Assembly: GCF_009914755.1 (NCBI RefSeq)
Contig: NC_060926.1
Source of the DNA: the human T2T-CHM13v2.0 reference genome, Homo sapiens
Length of the DNA stretch: 64,000 nt
Direction: 5' to 3' (one strand)
Below the pieces are notes generated by a model that made no database searches, was not told the DNA's origin, and worked only from the letters and a program-made list of their open reading frames with translations. Each line of letters opens with the position of its first letter. The first letter of the stretch is position 1. Positions 49,729-63,574 of the stretch are shown here, in pieces. The translations under genes and the position numbers were made by a program.

Positions 49729-52689
49729 AAAACTTTCTATTGCATTTCATCATTTCGTAAATGTGTTGCTCATTTTCATAAATTATGGTTACTTTTTCTT
49801 CAAAATACCTATTTCTGTAGAATGTTTTCATTTGTATCCTGATTTTTTAAAATCTATGTATAACATTTTTCACCTTTGTTTTTTATCTCCCTGAGTAGCT
49901 GAATAATTAATCTTTTGAATGTTTTATCTGGTATTTCAAAGATTTCATCTTGGTTTGGATCCACTGCTGGAGACAGCTAGCATGATCTTTTGGAGGTGTT
50001 ATATAGTCCACTTTTGCCATATTGCCAGAATTATTTTTTTTGGTATTTTTCTCATTTAGGTAGACTAATTCTTATAATTATTTTTGAGTTTATTTTTTAT
50101 TCAACCTTGATATTTTTAAAAATTTATTTCTTTTTCCCCCTTAAAGATCTACCTTTAATGTTTATAGTTTATTGTAGCATAATTCAACCTTGGATGTTTT
50201 CAGGGGTAAATTTTCTGTATAAGTTCCTTGTTTGAATAGAGTTTCTTTATGGTAGCTTTCTCAGATGCTGGTTACAGTAGCAATGTGCTTGGTGTGTGTA
50301 GGTTCACTGTCTCCTATAGGGTGGATTGGCAGAAGTCTCTTTAAGATTATCTCCTTTCCCAGTAGTGTGCACATTTTTTATGTATTTTTTTCCCCAGTGT
50401 TCTATTTATTGGATTGAGCAGTTTAGGCTTCAGGCCAGCAGGGGAGATGTCAATGGGTAAAAACCAGCTATTGTGAAAATAGGTTGGTAAATGCAATGCC
50501 CATTGGTGTGAAGAGGTCCCATCCTTGACAGAAGTGGGTGGGGGAGTCCTTAGTAAAATGCACTGAAATCTTTTCTAGGGTAAGGGAGGCAGCCACCTCA
50601 GCTTCTCTTCCAGGCCAGCAGAAAAGCAGTCCACCTCTCTGTCACACTTCTGACCCAGTGTTCTATCTATTGAAGTCAAATAGGTACTTCTTTTTATTTG
50701 CAGAAATGCTGATGTTCCATGTAGAGAGGGATTGTGAATACACTCTTCATGCAAGCCTACACATGGAGAATATTTTTTCTGTGGGAATGCAGTCACCCTA
50801 CACTCTTCCAGAAAAGCTGTTTACAGGTGCACCCATGTCAAGCTCCCATTGGAAAAGGCCCCAGCTGTGTCTTCAGTGGTAACACAGCTTGGAAGAAGAA
50901 TTCTAGGTGTGTAATTTAGGTGGCAATTGGAAGAAGAATTCTCCTTTTCCAAGACCCTTCAGGAGCACCAGAATTTTCTAAGTATTGGGAGGGTGCTGCA
51001 GACTTTCCCTGCTGAGCCCATTACTGCACCTTTGCCTCTACTGAAAGAAAGTTCCCACAAGCAAAAAGTTCTGGGACTCAGAGCCTGCTATCTTGATTTT
51101 TTTTTTTTTTGGCATGGGGTTCATCCTCAATTTGGTACACTCCTTCTACTAGGAGTAGGGATCCCTGAGGGCCAGAATACTATGAACTCTGCTGCTCTTC
51201 TGGGTCTAGCTGCCCATTGGGGGTGCCACACTCCAGGCTGGTGGTGGGGGATGTCTGCAAGGGGTCCACTGATGTGATCTGTCCTCAAGATTCCCAACAG
51301 TGGAATCCTCTGATGGGGGTGGCAGAGGAGGGACATGGAGTCTTTGAGATTCCTTAGTTAGAAACTGGCCTAGTGTATTAGTTTTTTCAAATGCCAATTG
51401 TTGTAGTAATGAACTGATCACATGGACAGACTCAAAATCTCCTGATTAGCCAAGGTGATGAAGATTATGGTAGATGAGGTCACATGCAAGTTTCCTGTTT
51501 CCTCCACACTGTTTTAATGCTTGCAGATGCTGTAATAGATTATGTCAGTTGGCCTCCATCCAGGAAGTGGTGCAGGTGGCACCAGCTGTGGTGATAGCAA
51601 TGGGATTTGTGCTTGTCTTATGTTACCCAGGGTGGTACTCTGATGACTTGGGCAATGGATGTGGCCATAGAGCTCCCAAAGGTTTCTGTCTGTTATGTTA
51701 AGCTACTAGGGCAGGCAGAGAGGCAAAGCCACGTCAGGGCTGTCTCAGGCAAGTCCATCATCTGGCTTTCAATGTATGGGCACAAGCAGCAGCCTCAGTG
51801 GGGATTAAAGAGTAGTTCTCTAGATACGGACGTAATGTTCCAGGGTAAAATGGAGTTTCCTCTGCTGCGTAGAAGAGTCCACCCAGGTAGTGGAGAGTAA
51901 CAGGCAGCAGTAATCCCCACCCAGTCCCAAACACATGAGAAGGCCAGTCTCAGACTAGCAGTGTTCCACTAGCATCAGCCAGCTATGTTCCAGGCAGTCT
52001 GCACTCAGAACTCAAAACTTTCCCAGGCCATAAGACTTCCCATGCAGAAACAGAAACCTCAGCTCTCCTCCTATCCCAGTTTGCCAACAAAACAAGAGCA
52101 TTCAGCTCTTGCATTCATGGCTGCAGCACACTTCTCACTTGCCCTTCAGTTCTGGCCAAAGGAGTTTGTCCTCATGTAAGATTATGTCATGAATCTCAGT
52201 TGGGAGCTTCTTTCAACCTGTGACCACCATCTGTTATCTGGAAGATTTTTGTGAGGTCACCTGTGAGGTCGGATCAGGAACTGCTTTCTTTCATACCTGC
52301 TGGAGACTGGGAATGCACCTGAAACCTGTTCCAGTGCTGCTGCTTCTCATATACTCAGTAGCACTCAGTAAACCAGCCTCAGAGTTGCATAAGGTTAAGG
52401 CCTTCCCCCATGGCCTGGATTGCCAGGTTCCCCAGTAGGATTTTATAACCTAGAAACAATTTATCCCCCCTCTTACACTGTGGAGACTTACAGTTTTCTA
52501 CCTGGCCCATGGTGTAGGCTGCAGCCTGCCACTTCTTTCAAAGTGTCTGATTTCTTTCCGTTTTCCCATTATGTTGCTGTGCTGCTTCTTGGAAAAATGT
52601 TCACGATGAGTTTTGACACACTCTTTGGTCTTTCCAAGAAGAGACATGTTAACAACATCTCCAATCCACTATCTGGGGCTGGAAGAACC

Positions 52690-54050
52690 TATTTTCAGTT
52701 TTTTGAGGAATCTCTAATCTGTTCCTTATAGTGATTGTACTAATTTACATTCCTACCAATAGTATACAAAAGTTCTCTTTTCTCCACATTTTTACCAGAA
52801 TTTGTTACTGCCTGTCTTTTTAATATAAGTCATTTTAACTGAGGTGAAATGACATCTTATTGTAGTTTTTTTTGCATTTCTCTGATAATTAATAATGTTG
52901 ATCATCTTTTCATATACCTGTTTGCCGTTTGTATGTCTGCTTTGGGAAATGCCTATTTAGATGTTTTCCCCAGGTTTTAATTGGATTATTAGATTTTTAT
53001 TGAGTTGTCTGAGCTTCTCATATATTATGGTTATTAATCCCTTGTCAGATGACTAGTTTGCAAATATTTTCTCCCATCCCATGAGTTGTCTCTTCACATA
53101 GTTGATTGTTTCCTTTGTTGTACAGAAGCTTTTTAACATGATGGGATCCCATTTGTCCATTTTTACTTTGGTTGCCTGTGCTTTTGGGCTTTGCTCAGTT
53201 TGATGTCCTGGAGAGTTTCCCCAATGGTTTCTTGTAGTACTTTCATAGTTTGAGGTCTTACACTTATGTCTACCTGATCTCTCTCTCTCTCTACCTCCTT
53301 TTTAAGGTAAATAACACTATATTTTCTCTTCTGAGACTACTGTTCAGATCTTATAGGCTTATTTCATTTATTATTATTATTTTTTGTCTCCTCTGACTGT
53401 GTATTTTCAAATAGCCTGTCTTCAAGCTCACTAACTTTTATTCTGCTTCATTAAATCTGCTGGTAAGAGACTCTAATGCATTCTTTAGTATGTCAATTGC
53501 TTTTTTTAACTCTTGAATTTCTTCATGATTTTTGTAATTATTTCAATATATTTATTAAATTAATCGGATAGGTTTCTGAATTCTTTTTCTGTGTTATCTT
53601 GAATTTTGTTGAATTTCCTCAAAACTGCTATTCTGAATCTTCTGTCTGAAAGGTCACATATCTCTATCTCTTCATGACTGGTCACTAGTGACTTATTTAG
53701 TTTGTTTTGTGAGGCTGTGTTTTCCTGGATAGTCTTAATGCTTGTGAATGTTTGACAGTGTCTGGGCCTGGAAGAGTTAGGTGTTTATTGTAGTCTTCAC
53801 AGTCTGAGCTTTTATGTACTCATACTTTTTGGGAAGGCTTTCCAGGTATTTGAAGTGACTTGGTTGTTGTGTTCTAAGTTTTTGGTCACTGCAGCCATAT
53901 ATGCCTTAGGGAGCATTCCAATTTCCATAATGCTGTGGCTCTTGCAGTCTCGTAGAAATATTTCCTTTGTGGTCTTGAATAAGATCTAGAAGAATTCTCT
54001 GGATTACTGGGCAGGGTTTCTTGTTCTTTTTCATTACTTCTCCCAAAAAA

Positions 54051-54085
<35 letters not shown>

Positions 54086-55828
54086 TTCTCCCTCTCTCCT
54101 GCACTCTCTGGAGCTGGGGAAGGAGTGACACAAGTACCCTCATGGTTACCACCACTGGAACTGTGCTGGGTCAGAACTAAAGCCAGCACAGCACTGTATT
54201 TCACCCAAGGCCCAGTGTAATCACCGTTTGGCTACCACCTATGTTCACTCAAGGCCCTAGGGCTTTACAGTCAGCAGGTGATGAAGCCAGCCAGGCTTGT
54301 GTCCTTCTCTTCAAGGTGGCAGGTTCCTCCTGTTACTGGGTGGGTCCAGAGATTCCATCTGGGAGACAGGGCCTGGAGTAAAAAACCTTAAACATTTACA
54401 TGGTGCTCTATTCTACTGCAGCTGAGCTGGCACTCAAGCCACAAGACAAAAGACTTTCCCATTCTTCCCTTCATTTTCTACAAGTAGAAGAATCTCTCTT
54501 CATGGCCACCACTGCTCCAGACCTGTGGCGAGTACTGCCTGGTTATTGCCAATGTTCATTCAAAGCCCGAGGGCACTTTAATCAGCTTTTGGTGAATGCT
54601 GCCAAGACTAAGACTCTCCCTTCGGGGCAATAGGCTCCCTTCTGGCCCAAGGCAGGTCCAGAAATGCCAACAAATAGCCAAAGTGTAAAATCAGGGTTAC
54701 CAGAAGCTCAGTTGGTGCTCTACCCCACTGTGGCTGAGCAGGTACCTAAGCTACAAGACAAAGTCCCTGTTATTCGTTTCTCTCCTTTTCTCAAGCAGAA
54801 TGAGTCCCTACTCACACCCACCACTGCTGGAAATGTACTGGGCCACCCTTAAGGCCAGCACTTCTCTGAGTCTCATCCAAGACCCATGGTCAGTATCCCT
54901 GGGTACTGCTGCTGATTGATCAGGGGCCAGGGGCTCCTTATTCAGCGAGTGATGAATCCCACCAGGACTGGGTCCTTCCCTTCAAGGCAGCAGATTCCCT
55001 TCTGGCCTAGTGTGTGTCTAGAAATGTCATTTAGGAGCTAGGGCCTGGAATGGGGGCCTCAGGACTCTGCCCGTTGCCCTATCCTATTGTGGCTGCTCGA
55101 GCTAGTATCCAAGTTGCAAGTGAAAGTCCTTTATACTCTTCCCTCTCCTCTCCTCAAGTGGATAGAAGGAGTCTCTCCCAGAGCTACAAGCTGTGCTGCC
55201 TGGGGTTAGGGGAGGGATGGTGAAAGCACACTCTTGGCAACCCTGGCTGGTGTCTCACTAGTTTACATGTCCCTCAAGTCCACTGGCTCTGAATCCAGCA
55301 CACTACCAGGACTTGCCCAGGAATTGCAGTCCTTGTGGCCTAGACTGCCTTTTAAGTTTATTTAGGGCCCAGAGCACGTTAGCCTGCAGTGGCAAGGCTG
55401 CTGGAACTTAAATTATCACCACTGGGATGGGTGATTCCCCTCTGCCTAGGGCTGGTCTAAATGCTCCCTGTGTGGGCACTGGCTGAGTTCTGCCCAGTGT
55501 TGGCTTCCACTATAACAAAGCAGCACTGAGTTCCAATGCAAAGCATCACAATTACTGTGCTTTCCCTCCCACAAGCACATAGATTCTCTCTCCACGCTAT
55601 GCTGCAGCTGCCAGAGGATGTGGGAGAGGTGGCGTTAGCAATTCAAGACTTTCCTATTCTCTTCAGAGCCTTTTTCAGTGATATGAAGTTAAAACCAGAT
55701 ACTTTGATTGCTCACCTGATTTTTGTTTCTTAAGGTGTTTTTTGTGTGGATAGTTGTTCAATGTGGTGTTCCTGAAGGCAGGGCAATCAATGGAGGATTC
55801 TATTCAGCTGTCTTTCTTTGCCCCTCCT
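52690..55828 (-). mobile_element. Remainder of L1MA2-like element: ORF2 tail (52690-53270), large internal deletion, ORF1 part and 5'UTR
   Basis: ttttttgaggaatctc continues the antisense ORF2 interrupted at 27124; repeat-rich old L1 5'UTR 53870-55828 with (TC)n at ~54050-54097. Confidence 0.8.
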
Positions 55829-55868
55829 TTTTCTTTAGGTTTTATAAAAAATCTAGGTTTTATTATAG

Positions 55869-56296
55869 TGTTGGGAGCTGAAAGCCTGAGGGATGTGACC
55901 AACTCAGCATTCTACTGGAGGCTATATGATCAAACAGCAAACTGTTTATCATGAATGCAGGATGTGGGCAAAATCACATCTGCCCCTGCCACCAGAAGGT
56001 ATGCTGAGTGCTGTCACTCCCTGGCACCACACTCCTTGAGGTTATCTACTGGGACATCTGGAGCCTCTGTTCAAAGAATGTAGTCATGCAGGCCTGCAAT
56101 AAATCAAGCAGCTGACCTACAACCACCCGCTTCTCCCTCTCTTCTTTACTCAATAAACACAAAGGGCTCTAGAAGCTGAGGGCCCTTGTTCACTAGAAGC
56201 AAGAAGCCCCCTGACCCCTTCTTCCAAACATACGCTTTTGTCTCTGTCTTTATTCCCACGTTCATCCTCCTTTTTCAGTCCACCAGCGTCCGCGGA
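55869..56296 (+). mobile_element. LTR3-like solo LTR (HERV-K HML-6)
   Basis: tgttgggagc...gtgaccaactcagcattctactggaggctatatgatcaaacagcaaactg; recall-based family call. Confidence 0.8.
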
Positions 56297-57640
56297 AAAA
56301 ATTTTATTGTCAATGATTTTATAATTTCCATTCATGTGTGTTCCATGTCATTTTTCAAATTTGCTCAAAGTACTTTTAGAATACCTTGTTCCTTTTTCAT
56401 GTTTTCTATTCCATTATTTATTTCTAAAACACATTTATTTAATATGTTAACAGCTCATGGCATTTAGACTTTATGAAACTTTTTTCAGTAATGGATGAAA
56501 CCTGGTATATCCTGGTTAACATTTAAGATCTTGTCCAGGATTATAGTGGATTTCATTTTTGTTTCCCACATATATCAAATCTGAAATACTATACCTAGGT
56601 AAGATTAAGGACAGCCAAAAAATAACCATATATTGTGCTCCTTTTTAACTCACAGTTTTTCTGTATCTTCACACATTGTCATCTTTTGTTCTTTTATTAT
56701 ATAACACTGTTTCTTCTGTTTTTTGGAAGAAAAGATCTCCTTTATCATGCCTTCACACTTGTTTCCTTTGGCAACTTTTTCTTCTATTAATTTCCATTCT
56801 ACTGAACATGTATTTTTATTTTATTTTCTGCTGATATTTCTCTGCTGACAAACATGTTGAATCTGTAGATCCTAAAAGCAACCAAAAAGCAGAACCAAGT
56901 ATTGCTTCACCCACCTACAGAGACTCCTCAGTTTCTTGGATATTGGTAGTCATTATGTTATTTATTCTCTGTATGGTTTCTTTTCTGAAAAGAACTAGGA
57001 AGGGAACCCATCCACTGGTATGTCACAAATTTAATGAGAGGGATCTAGAGTTTTCATGCCTCCTACCCACAGTTATAATATAAGGCAGAATCACCAAAGC
57101 CAAGAATTGGTCCAGAAATTAAATCAAGCTCACACTTAAAGTAAATCCAACAGCTAGGTTCTATCCTATTGCCCTATCCTATTGTGGCCTATTTGACCCC
57201 ATAAACAGGAGGTCAAATCTAAAAGGAGGTCAAATTTAAAAAAAAATATGTATATCTTCTTTGGGAAAATGTCTCTTCAGTTCCTTTGCCCATTTTTTAA
57301 TTAGGTTATTTGTGGTTTTTGGTTTTGTTTTACTATTGAGTTTGTGCACTCTTTATATGTTTTAGCTAATAAGCCCTCATCAGATATATGGTTTGCAAAT
57401 ATATTCCCTCATTCCCTAGGTTGTCTTTTTATTTTGCTGATTGTTTTCTTTGCTGTGCAAAATTCTTTTAGTTTGATGTAGTCCCACACATTTATTTTTG
57501 CTTGTATCTTCTGTGCTTTTGGTGGCAGAGCCAAAACTCATTGCCAAGACTAATGTCAAGGAGGTTTTTTTCTTATGTTTTCTTCTAGGAGTTCTATAGT
57601 TTTAGGTCTTACATCTAAGTCTTTAATTAATTATGAGTTA

Positions 57641-57994
<354 letters not shown>

Positions 57995-58648
57995 TCAGCT
58001 TTCTCTATACCATTTATTAAAAAGATTTTTCTTTTCCCATTGTGTATTCTTTGTGCTCTTGCCAAAGTTGACCATATATCTATAGGTTTATATATGGGCT
58101 CTTTATTCTATTCCATTGGTTTGCATGTCTGTTTTCATGCTGTTACCGTACTATTTTTATTACTGTAGCTTTGTAATACTGTTTGAAATCCAAAAGTTTG
58201 ATGATTCCAGATTTGTTCCTCTTTCCCAAGATTACTTTGGCTATTCAGGGTCTTTTGTGGGTCCATAGGAATTTTAATTTTTTTTTCCTGTGTTTATGAA
58301 GAATGACATTGGAAGGGTGCTCAACATTACCAATCACCAGATAAATGCAATAAAAAATGTCATTTTGTACCTGTTAAAATGGCTATCATCAAAAAGATAA
58401 GAGATAACTGTTGGTGGAGGTATGGAGAAAAGGAATCATTACACACTATTGGTGGAAATATAGATTGGTACAGAAATTATCAAAAACAGTACGGAGGTTT
58501 CAATATAAATGAAAAATAAAACTGTCATACAATACACAATCCCACTTCCAGAAATACATCCAAAGGAAATGAAATCAGTGTCTTAAAGAGATATCAGCAC
58601 CCACATCATTGCAACATTATTCACAATAGCCAAGATATGGAAACAACC

Positions 58649-58838
58649 TAAGTGTTCATCAAGAGATGGATGGATGAAGACTGTGATACATGTATACAAT
58701 GGGATATTGGTACATATGTACAAAGGGACATTATTCAGCTTTAAGTGTTCATCAAGAGATGGATGGATGAAGACTGTGAAACATGTATACAATGGGATAT
58801 TGGTACATATGTACAAAGGGACATTATTCAGCTTTAAG
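58649..58838. repeat. 93-bp tandem duplication
   Basis: Copies start at 58649 and 58742, one mismatch. Confidence 0.97.
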
Positions 58839-59105
58839 AAAGAAGAAAATTTTGCCATTTGTGACAACATGGATGAATCTGAAGGACATTATTCTAAGTG
58901 AAACAAGACAGACACAGAAAGACACATACTGGGTAATCACATTTATATATAGAATCTAAAAAGGCAGAACTCATAGAAACAGAGGGGATAATGGTGGTTT
59001 CTAGGACCTGGGGATGGGCATAGAAGAAATGCAGAGATGTTGACCAGAGTACAAACTTTCAGTTATAAGATGAACAAGGTCTGGGGATCTAATGTACAGC
59101 ATAGG

Positions 59106-59611
59106 TGTGCAGGACAGTTCTCTCAGTGGCCTTGGACTGACCCAGTTCTCTCCTCTTTCTTGCTTGTAGTTCTCAAGAATAACTGTAGAATGTGTTGGGA
59201 ATGACACATCCTGAGATAGGGAAGAACTGGCTGGAACAGCCCAGCCTTTGGGTCATTCCTCCCTAAAAACAGAATGTCCTTCATTGCTTTAGCCCAGGGG
59301 GATGTGTTGCCAACAGGGATAAAACCTAGGGCAGGCTGCTTTCTCAGATTTTTGAGGTGTAGTTCAAGTGGGGCATGGATAAACAAGATTCCATCAACTC
59401 TGGGCAACTCTTCTGAGACTTGTGGTGTTGACTCACCCTTAATCTTGAATCCTTCTACTGTCCCTTGCTGCCTACCTGTGAGTAATAAATTTGCTTAGCT
59501 TAACTTGTTGTGTGATCGTTCTGTCTCACCAGACTCATGCAAGCAGTGGAAATTGCAGCCCAGATGCAGTGGGCTGAAGTGGTAACCAGTGCAGAGTAAA
59601 CCTGTTTCACA
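59106..59611 (+). mobile_element. ERVL solo LTR (LTR32-like) in the L1MA 3'UTR
   Basis: TG...CA ends, gtagttctcaagaataactgtagaatgtg motif, aataaa; family from recall. Confidence 0.75.
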
Positions 59612-61540
59612 GGGTGGTGACTGATGTAATCAGTAATGTACATATATCATATCATCATGTTGTACACCTTAAATATATAAAATCTTTTGTGTTAATTAAA
59701 TGTTTTTAATTTTTTAAGAAGATAGATCAATAAATAAAGGTAAATTCAACTGGGTACCTGCCAAAATCTCATATAGTCCTGAGAGCAAAATTTAAGGGGA
59801 GAATACCACCAATTCTGAAGTCAGTGAGCAGCTACTGTACATGATTGGTCCCAGTTTTGGGTGTTTCAGATGCCTGTCCAAGATCATTAAAGGTGTAAAG
59901 AAGAGATGAACATGTAAAGGAATACCGGAACTTGAACTTTGGGCTTTTATTGTTATATCTATCTTTCTCCTAGGACAGATTCAAATCCAAGGCCCTGGTT
60001 GTCCCATATTCAAATGTGCATGCATCAAATGATGCACCTGAGAGGCATGCATATGGCAGGCAAGAGAGATGGCTAAAGTAATTCTGAAGGGTAATGACTT
60101 CTAAATGTTTATTTTTCTTTAACCTTTTTATCTAGAACTTCTTTTTAGAATCAAGACAAATTTCCCATCAATCTGCTCAGGGGTCTAATGGTTACATTTT
60201 GCGAAGAACTTCCTCCCTTACCAGTGAGAAGACACAAATGCAGAGGATTCACTAGTGCTAATGTCTTGATAAAGGCAACATTCAACAAGGGGAGGGATAG
60301 CAGTGGCCTGATCCTAGCACCGAAATCAATATCTTATTAAAAAATTCTTTAAAAGTAACTACATTTGTTAATTTTTCAGATTAAAACAAACAAACAGAAA
60401 TATAGCAATAGCATCCAAACTCCACTCTGGGTAAGACCTCGCATAGGTATAATTTTAGTTTTCAAGGCTGGTTTAGTCTAGGAAAAAGAGCTGAATCTAC
60501 ATATCTTCTCTATTTTTTGTTGTGTTCAAAAGATATTCTCTATTTCCTCCCCAGCCAAAATTTTCAACAATCTACTATTCTTCTAAACATACTTATCTGT
60601 CAGAAGTGAGCTTCACTTCCTGTGGTATTCATCTTCAACTCAGGAATGGACTTATTTTTTTAAGTGCATGCTAGTGCATTACAGCTGCTAGAGTTTCTGC
60701 TTCTTTTCTATGTAAACACAGATTCACTCACCTCCCATGACTCGGCATCAGCCTCACTCTCAGCTGGCTTTATTTTTCAAAACTGCATAATGTCTTCCTA
60801 CACTACCAGAAACCTGTTTGGGGGAAAACAAACATCTTTAGCTTGCTAGTTTCATTGCAGGTCATACAGCTTTTTCCACTGTTGGCCACTGAGACCCTCC
60901 TGGGTTCCCAAGGCCCCAGTTTGCCTACACCATTATCTAAAAGGCTTCTCTAGGCATCTGCATCCAGGTGTGCCTGCTGCACCTTTGTGACATGGGCTGA
61001 TAACAATGGCATCTCAACAGTTAGTCTTCTTTTAGTGAGGGTCCAGAAGTACCTCAGGGATTCATGCTGCCTCACAAAAGTTAGCAACATGAGACCAGAT
61101 GGGCTAGAAAACCAAAAGCAAAGTGCTTCCATAGGAAAATTGTAAGGGGCAGGTTTAGAAAAGAACTGCAAAAAATGTTGTAAATCTCTCTCTCTCTTTC
61201 TTCATGCCCCTCACCACAGCCTACATCATTTCTTTCTTTAAAATCTATCTAAGTCACCAAGGATGGATCAGAATACTAAGGATGCCAAGGATGGATCAGA
61301 ATACCAGTTAAATTTTTTGGAATTCTTTTCTTACAGCAAGAGGTAAACTGATTAAAAATCTTAACATGGATCTTCCCTACATTTCTTCTGGGCCTCTGTA
61401 CCCATCAATTTATGCAAACTCCCTCTTGTACTCATTCTGTCTACCTAATCTTTCTGATTATTATTATTGACCAAACTTCTTCCCCCATGACAAAATCAAA
61501 TGATAACTTCTACTGACCCTAACTTTATGTAAGGCTGTGA

Positions 61541-61547
<7 letters not shown>

Positions 61548-61584
<37 letters not shown>
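61548..61584. repeat. (TG)n microsatellite
   Basis: Directly visible. Confidence 0.97.
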
Positions 61585-61586
<2 letters not shown>

Positions 61587-62571
61587 TCTGGGAATTTAAA
61601 AATGTGTGGGAAACCACTGCTCTCAGGATTGTTTCTGAGTTTACTGAGGAGCAATTACACGAATTAAACATTATAAGAGCAACATGAGGGATGGTCCATT
61701 CTCATGAGGGAATGAAAACTCAAGGATTTTAAGGGATGTTCAGTTATTAATTTTTAGAGTCTTAATTGGAATTTAAGTTTGCTGATTACAAAACATTTGC
61801 TCTTGCCAACTCAGCATGCTGTCCTCAAGGAATGTGGACACAAAATTGAGTAACAAGGCAAATTGAAAGTCACAGTTCAAGAAAAGAGAGGCTTCCTGTG
61901 CATACTTTCATGCCAAAGAATTGGCACAGGCAACAGTCCATGCATTTCGTGTGTTTAATCTCCATATTAGACATATCATTGCTGCAGTGAAGTTGGGATG
62001 GAGGGAATAAATGTTAAAAGCAGGACAAATGGAGTTATCCAAGACTATAGAATGAATAGAGAGCCTTTCTTACAAAACAAAGTCCACCAAGAAGTCAGTT
62101 TTCTCTGTGTAATGCTCAGCCAGTTAAATCTGCAAACTCAGTAGCACAGAGAATGAAACAGTAAGTAGCAGAGAGAATTTACATTACAAAAAAGCAGATC
62201 CCTAGCTTTTCAGCAATGCATGTTACTGTTTCTAGTAGACACTTGAAATAAGAGATGACTAAACCTGTAGAGATACTCTTGATGAAATTCGTGCTTTAAC
62301 AATTGCAAACACAAGAGACAGAAAATTTTCTAATAGGTCTAATTTTTCTAACAAACAGAATTGAATAGTCCATTAGCACACCAGGGAATGATACAACTAT
62401 CAGACATCAGCAAAAGAGAGAAACTGGAGCTGTATTGTAGTGTCTGTGATTAAACCAGTTGCCTTTCTTGTGATAATGTTCAAGTAAGTTACATCAAATT
62501 ATTTATTACTCAATTGTTTCATGCCTAAGTGAGTTAAACTAGGATGATACAATCGTCAAGAAGGCAGATAT

Positions 62572-63574
62572 TGTGGTGGACTGAATAGTAGCCCGCCAAA
62601 GATGTCTATCCCCTAATCCCTTGTGAATATGTTAACATTACATGGCCAATGGGACTCCACAGATGTGACTAACTTTTAAGGGCCTTGAAACTAGAAGAGT
62701 GTATTAGTCTGCTCAGGCTGCCATAACAAGATACCACAGACTGTGTGGCTTAAACAACAGAAATTTATTTTTTCACAATTGGAGGCTAGAGGCCCAAGAT
62801 CAGAGTCCATCAGGGTTGGGATATGGTGAGGCTTCCTTTCCTGGCTTGTAGACACTACTTTCTCACTATGCACACGTGCAAAGATAGAGAGAGATCTGTG
62901 GTAGCTCTTGCCCCTCTTATGAAGACACCAGTCCTATCAGATCAAGGCCCCACTCTTATGGCCTCACTTGACCTTAATTACTTCCTTAAAGGCCCTACCT
63001 CTGAATACATTCACATTTGGAAGTTAGGGCATCAACATACAAATTTTGAGTGGGGAGACATAATTCAGTTCATGACAAACAGTAGTCTGAATCATCCAGG
63101 TGGGACCAATCTAATCACATGAGTCCTTAAAAGCAGAAACTCTTCTATGGTTAAAGTCAGAGAAACTCGGTGAAAGAAAAAGCAAGAGAAATTTGAAGAG
63201 GGAGAAGAATTCAACATACTGTTGCTGGCTTTGAAGACACAGGGGGCCACAGACCAGAGAATACAGGTCGCCTATTTGAAGTTAAGAACATCCTGGTCAG
63301 TGGCCAGCAAGTAAACAGGAGCTCCGTCCTTCACCACAGGACACTGCATTCTATAATACCAACAAGCCGAATTAGCCCAGAATCAAGTTGTCTCCCAGAG
63401 CCTCCAGAAAGGAGCATACTTGCTAATACCTTGATTTCAGTTTTTAAGACTCAGATAGAAAAACCAGCTGAACCCACTGGATTTTTAATGTATAGAATTG
63501 TGAGATAAATTTGTGTTGCCAAAAGTTGCAATGTTTTGGGCAACTTTTTATGGCAGCCATAGAAAACTAATACA
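62572..63574 (+). mobile_element. MLT1D-like LTR split by an MLT1A-like LTR
   Basis: tgtggtggactgaatag...agaaaactaataca; TSD gatat/aatat. Confidence 0.85.
62700..63077 (-). mobile_element. MLT1A/A0-like solo LTR
   Basis: tgtattagtctgctcaggctgccataac...cagttcatgaca; TSD aagag/aacag. Confidence 0.85.
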
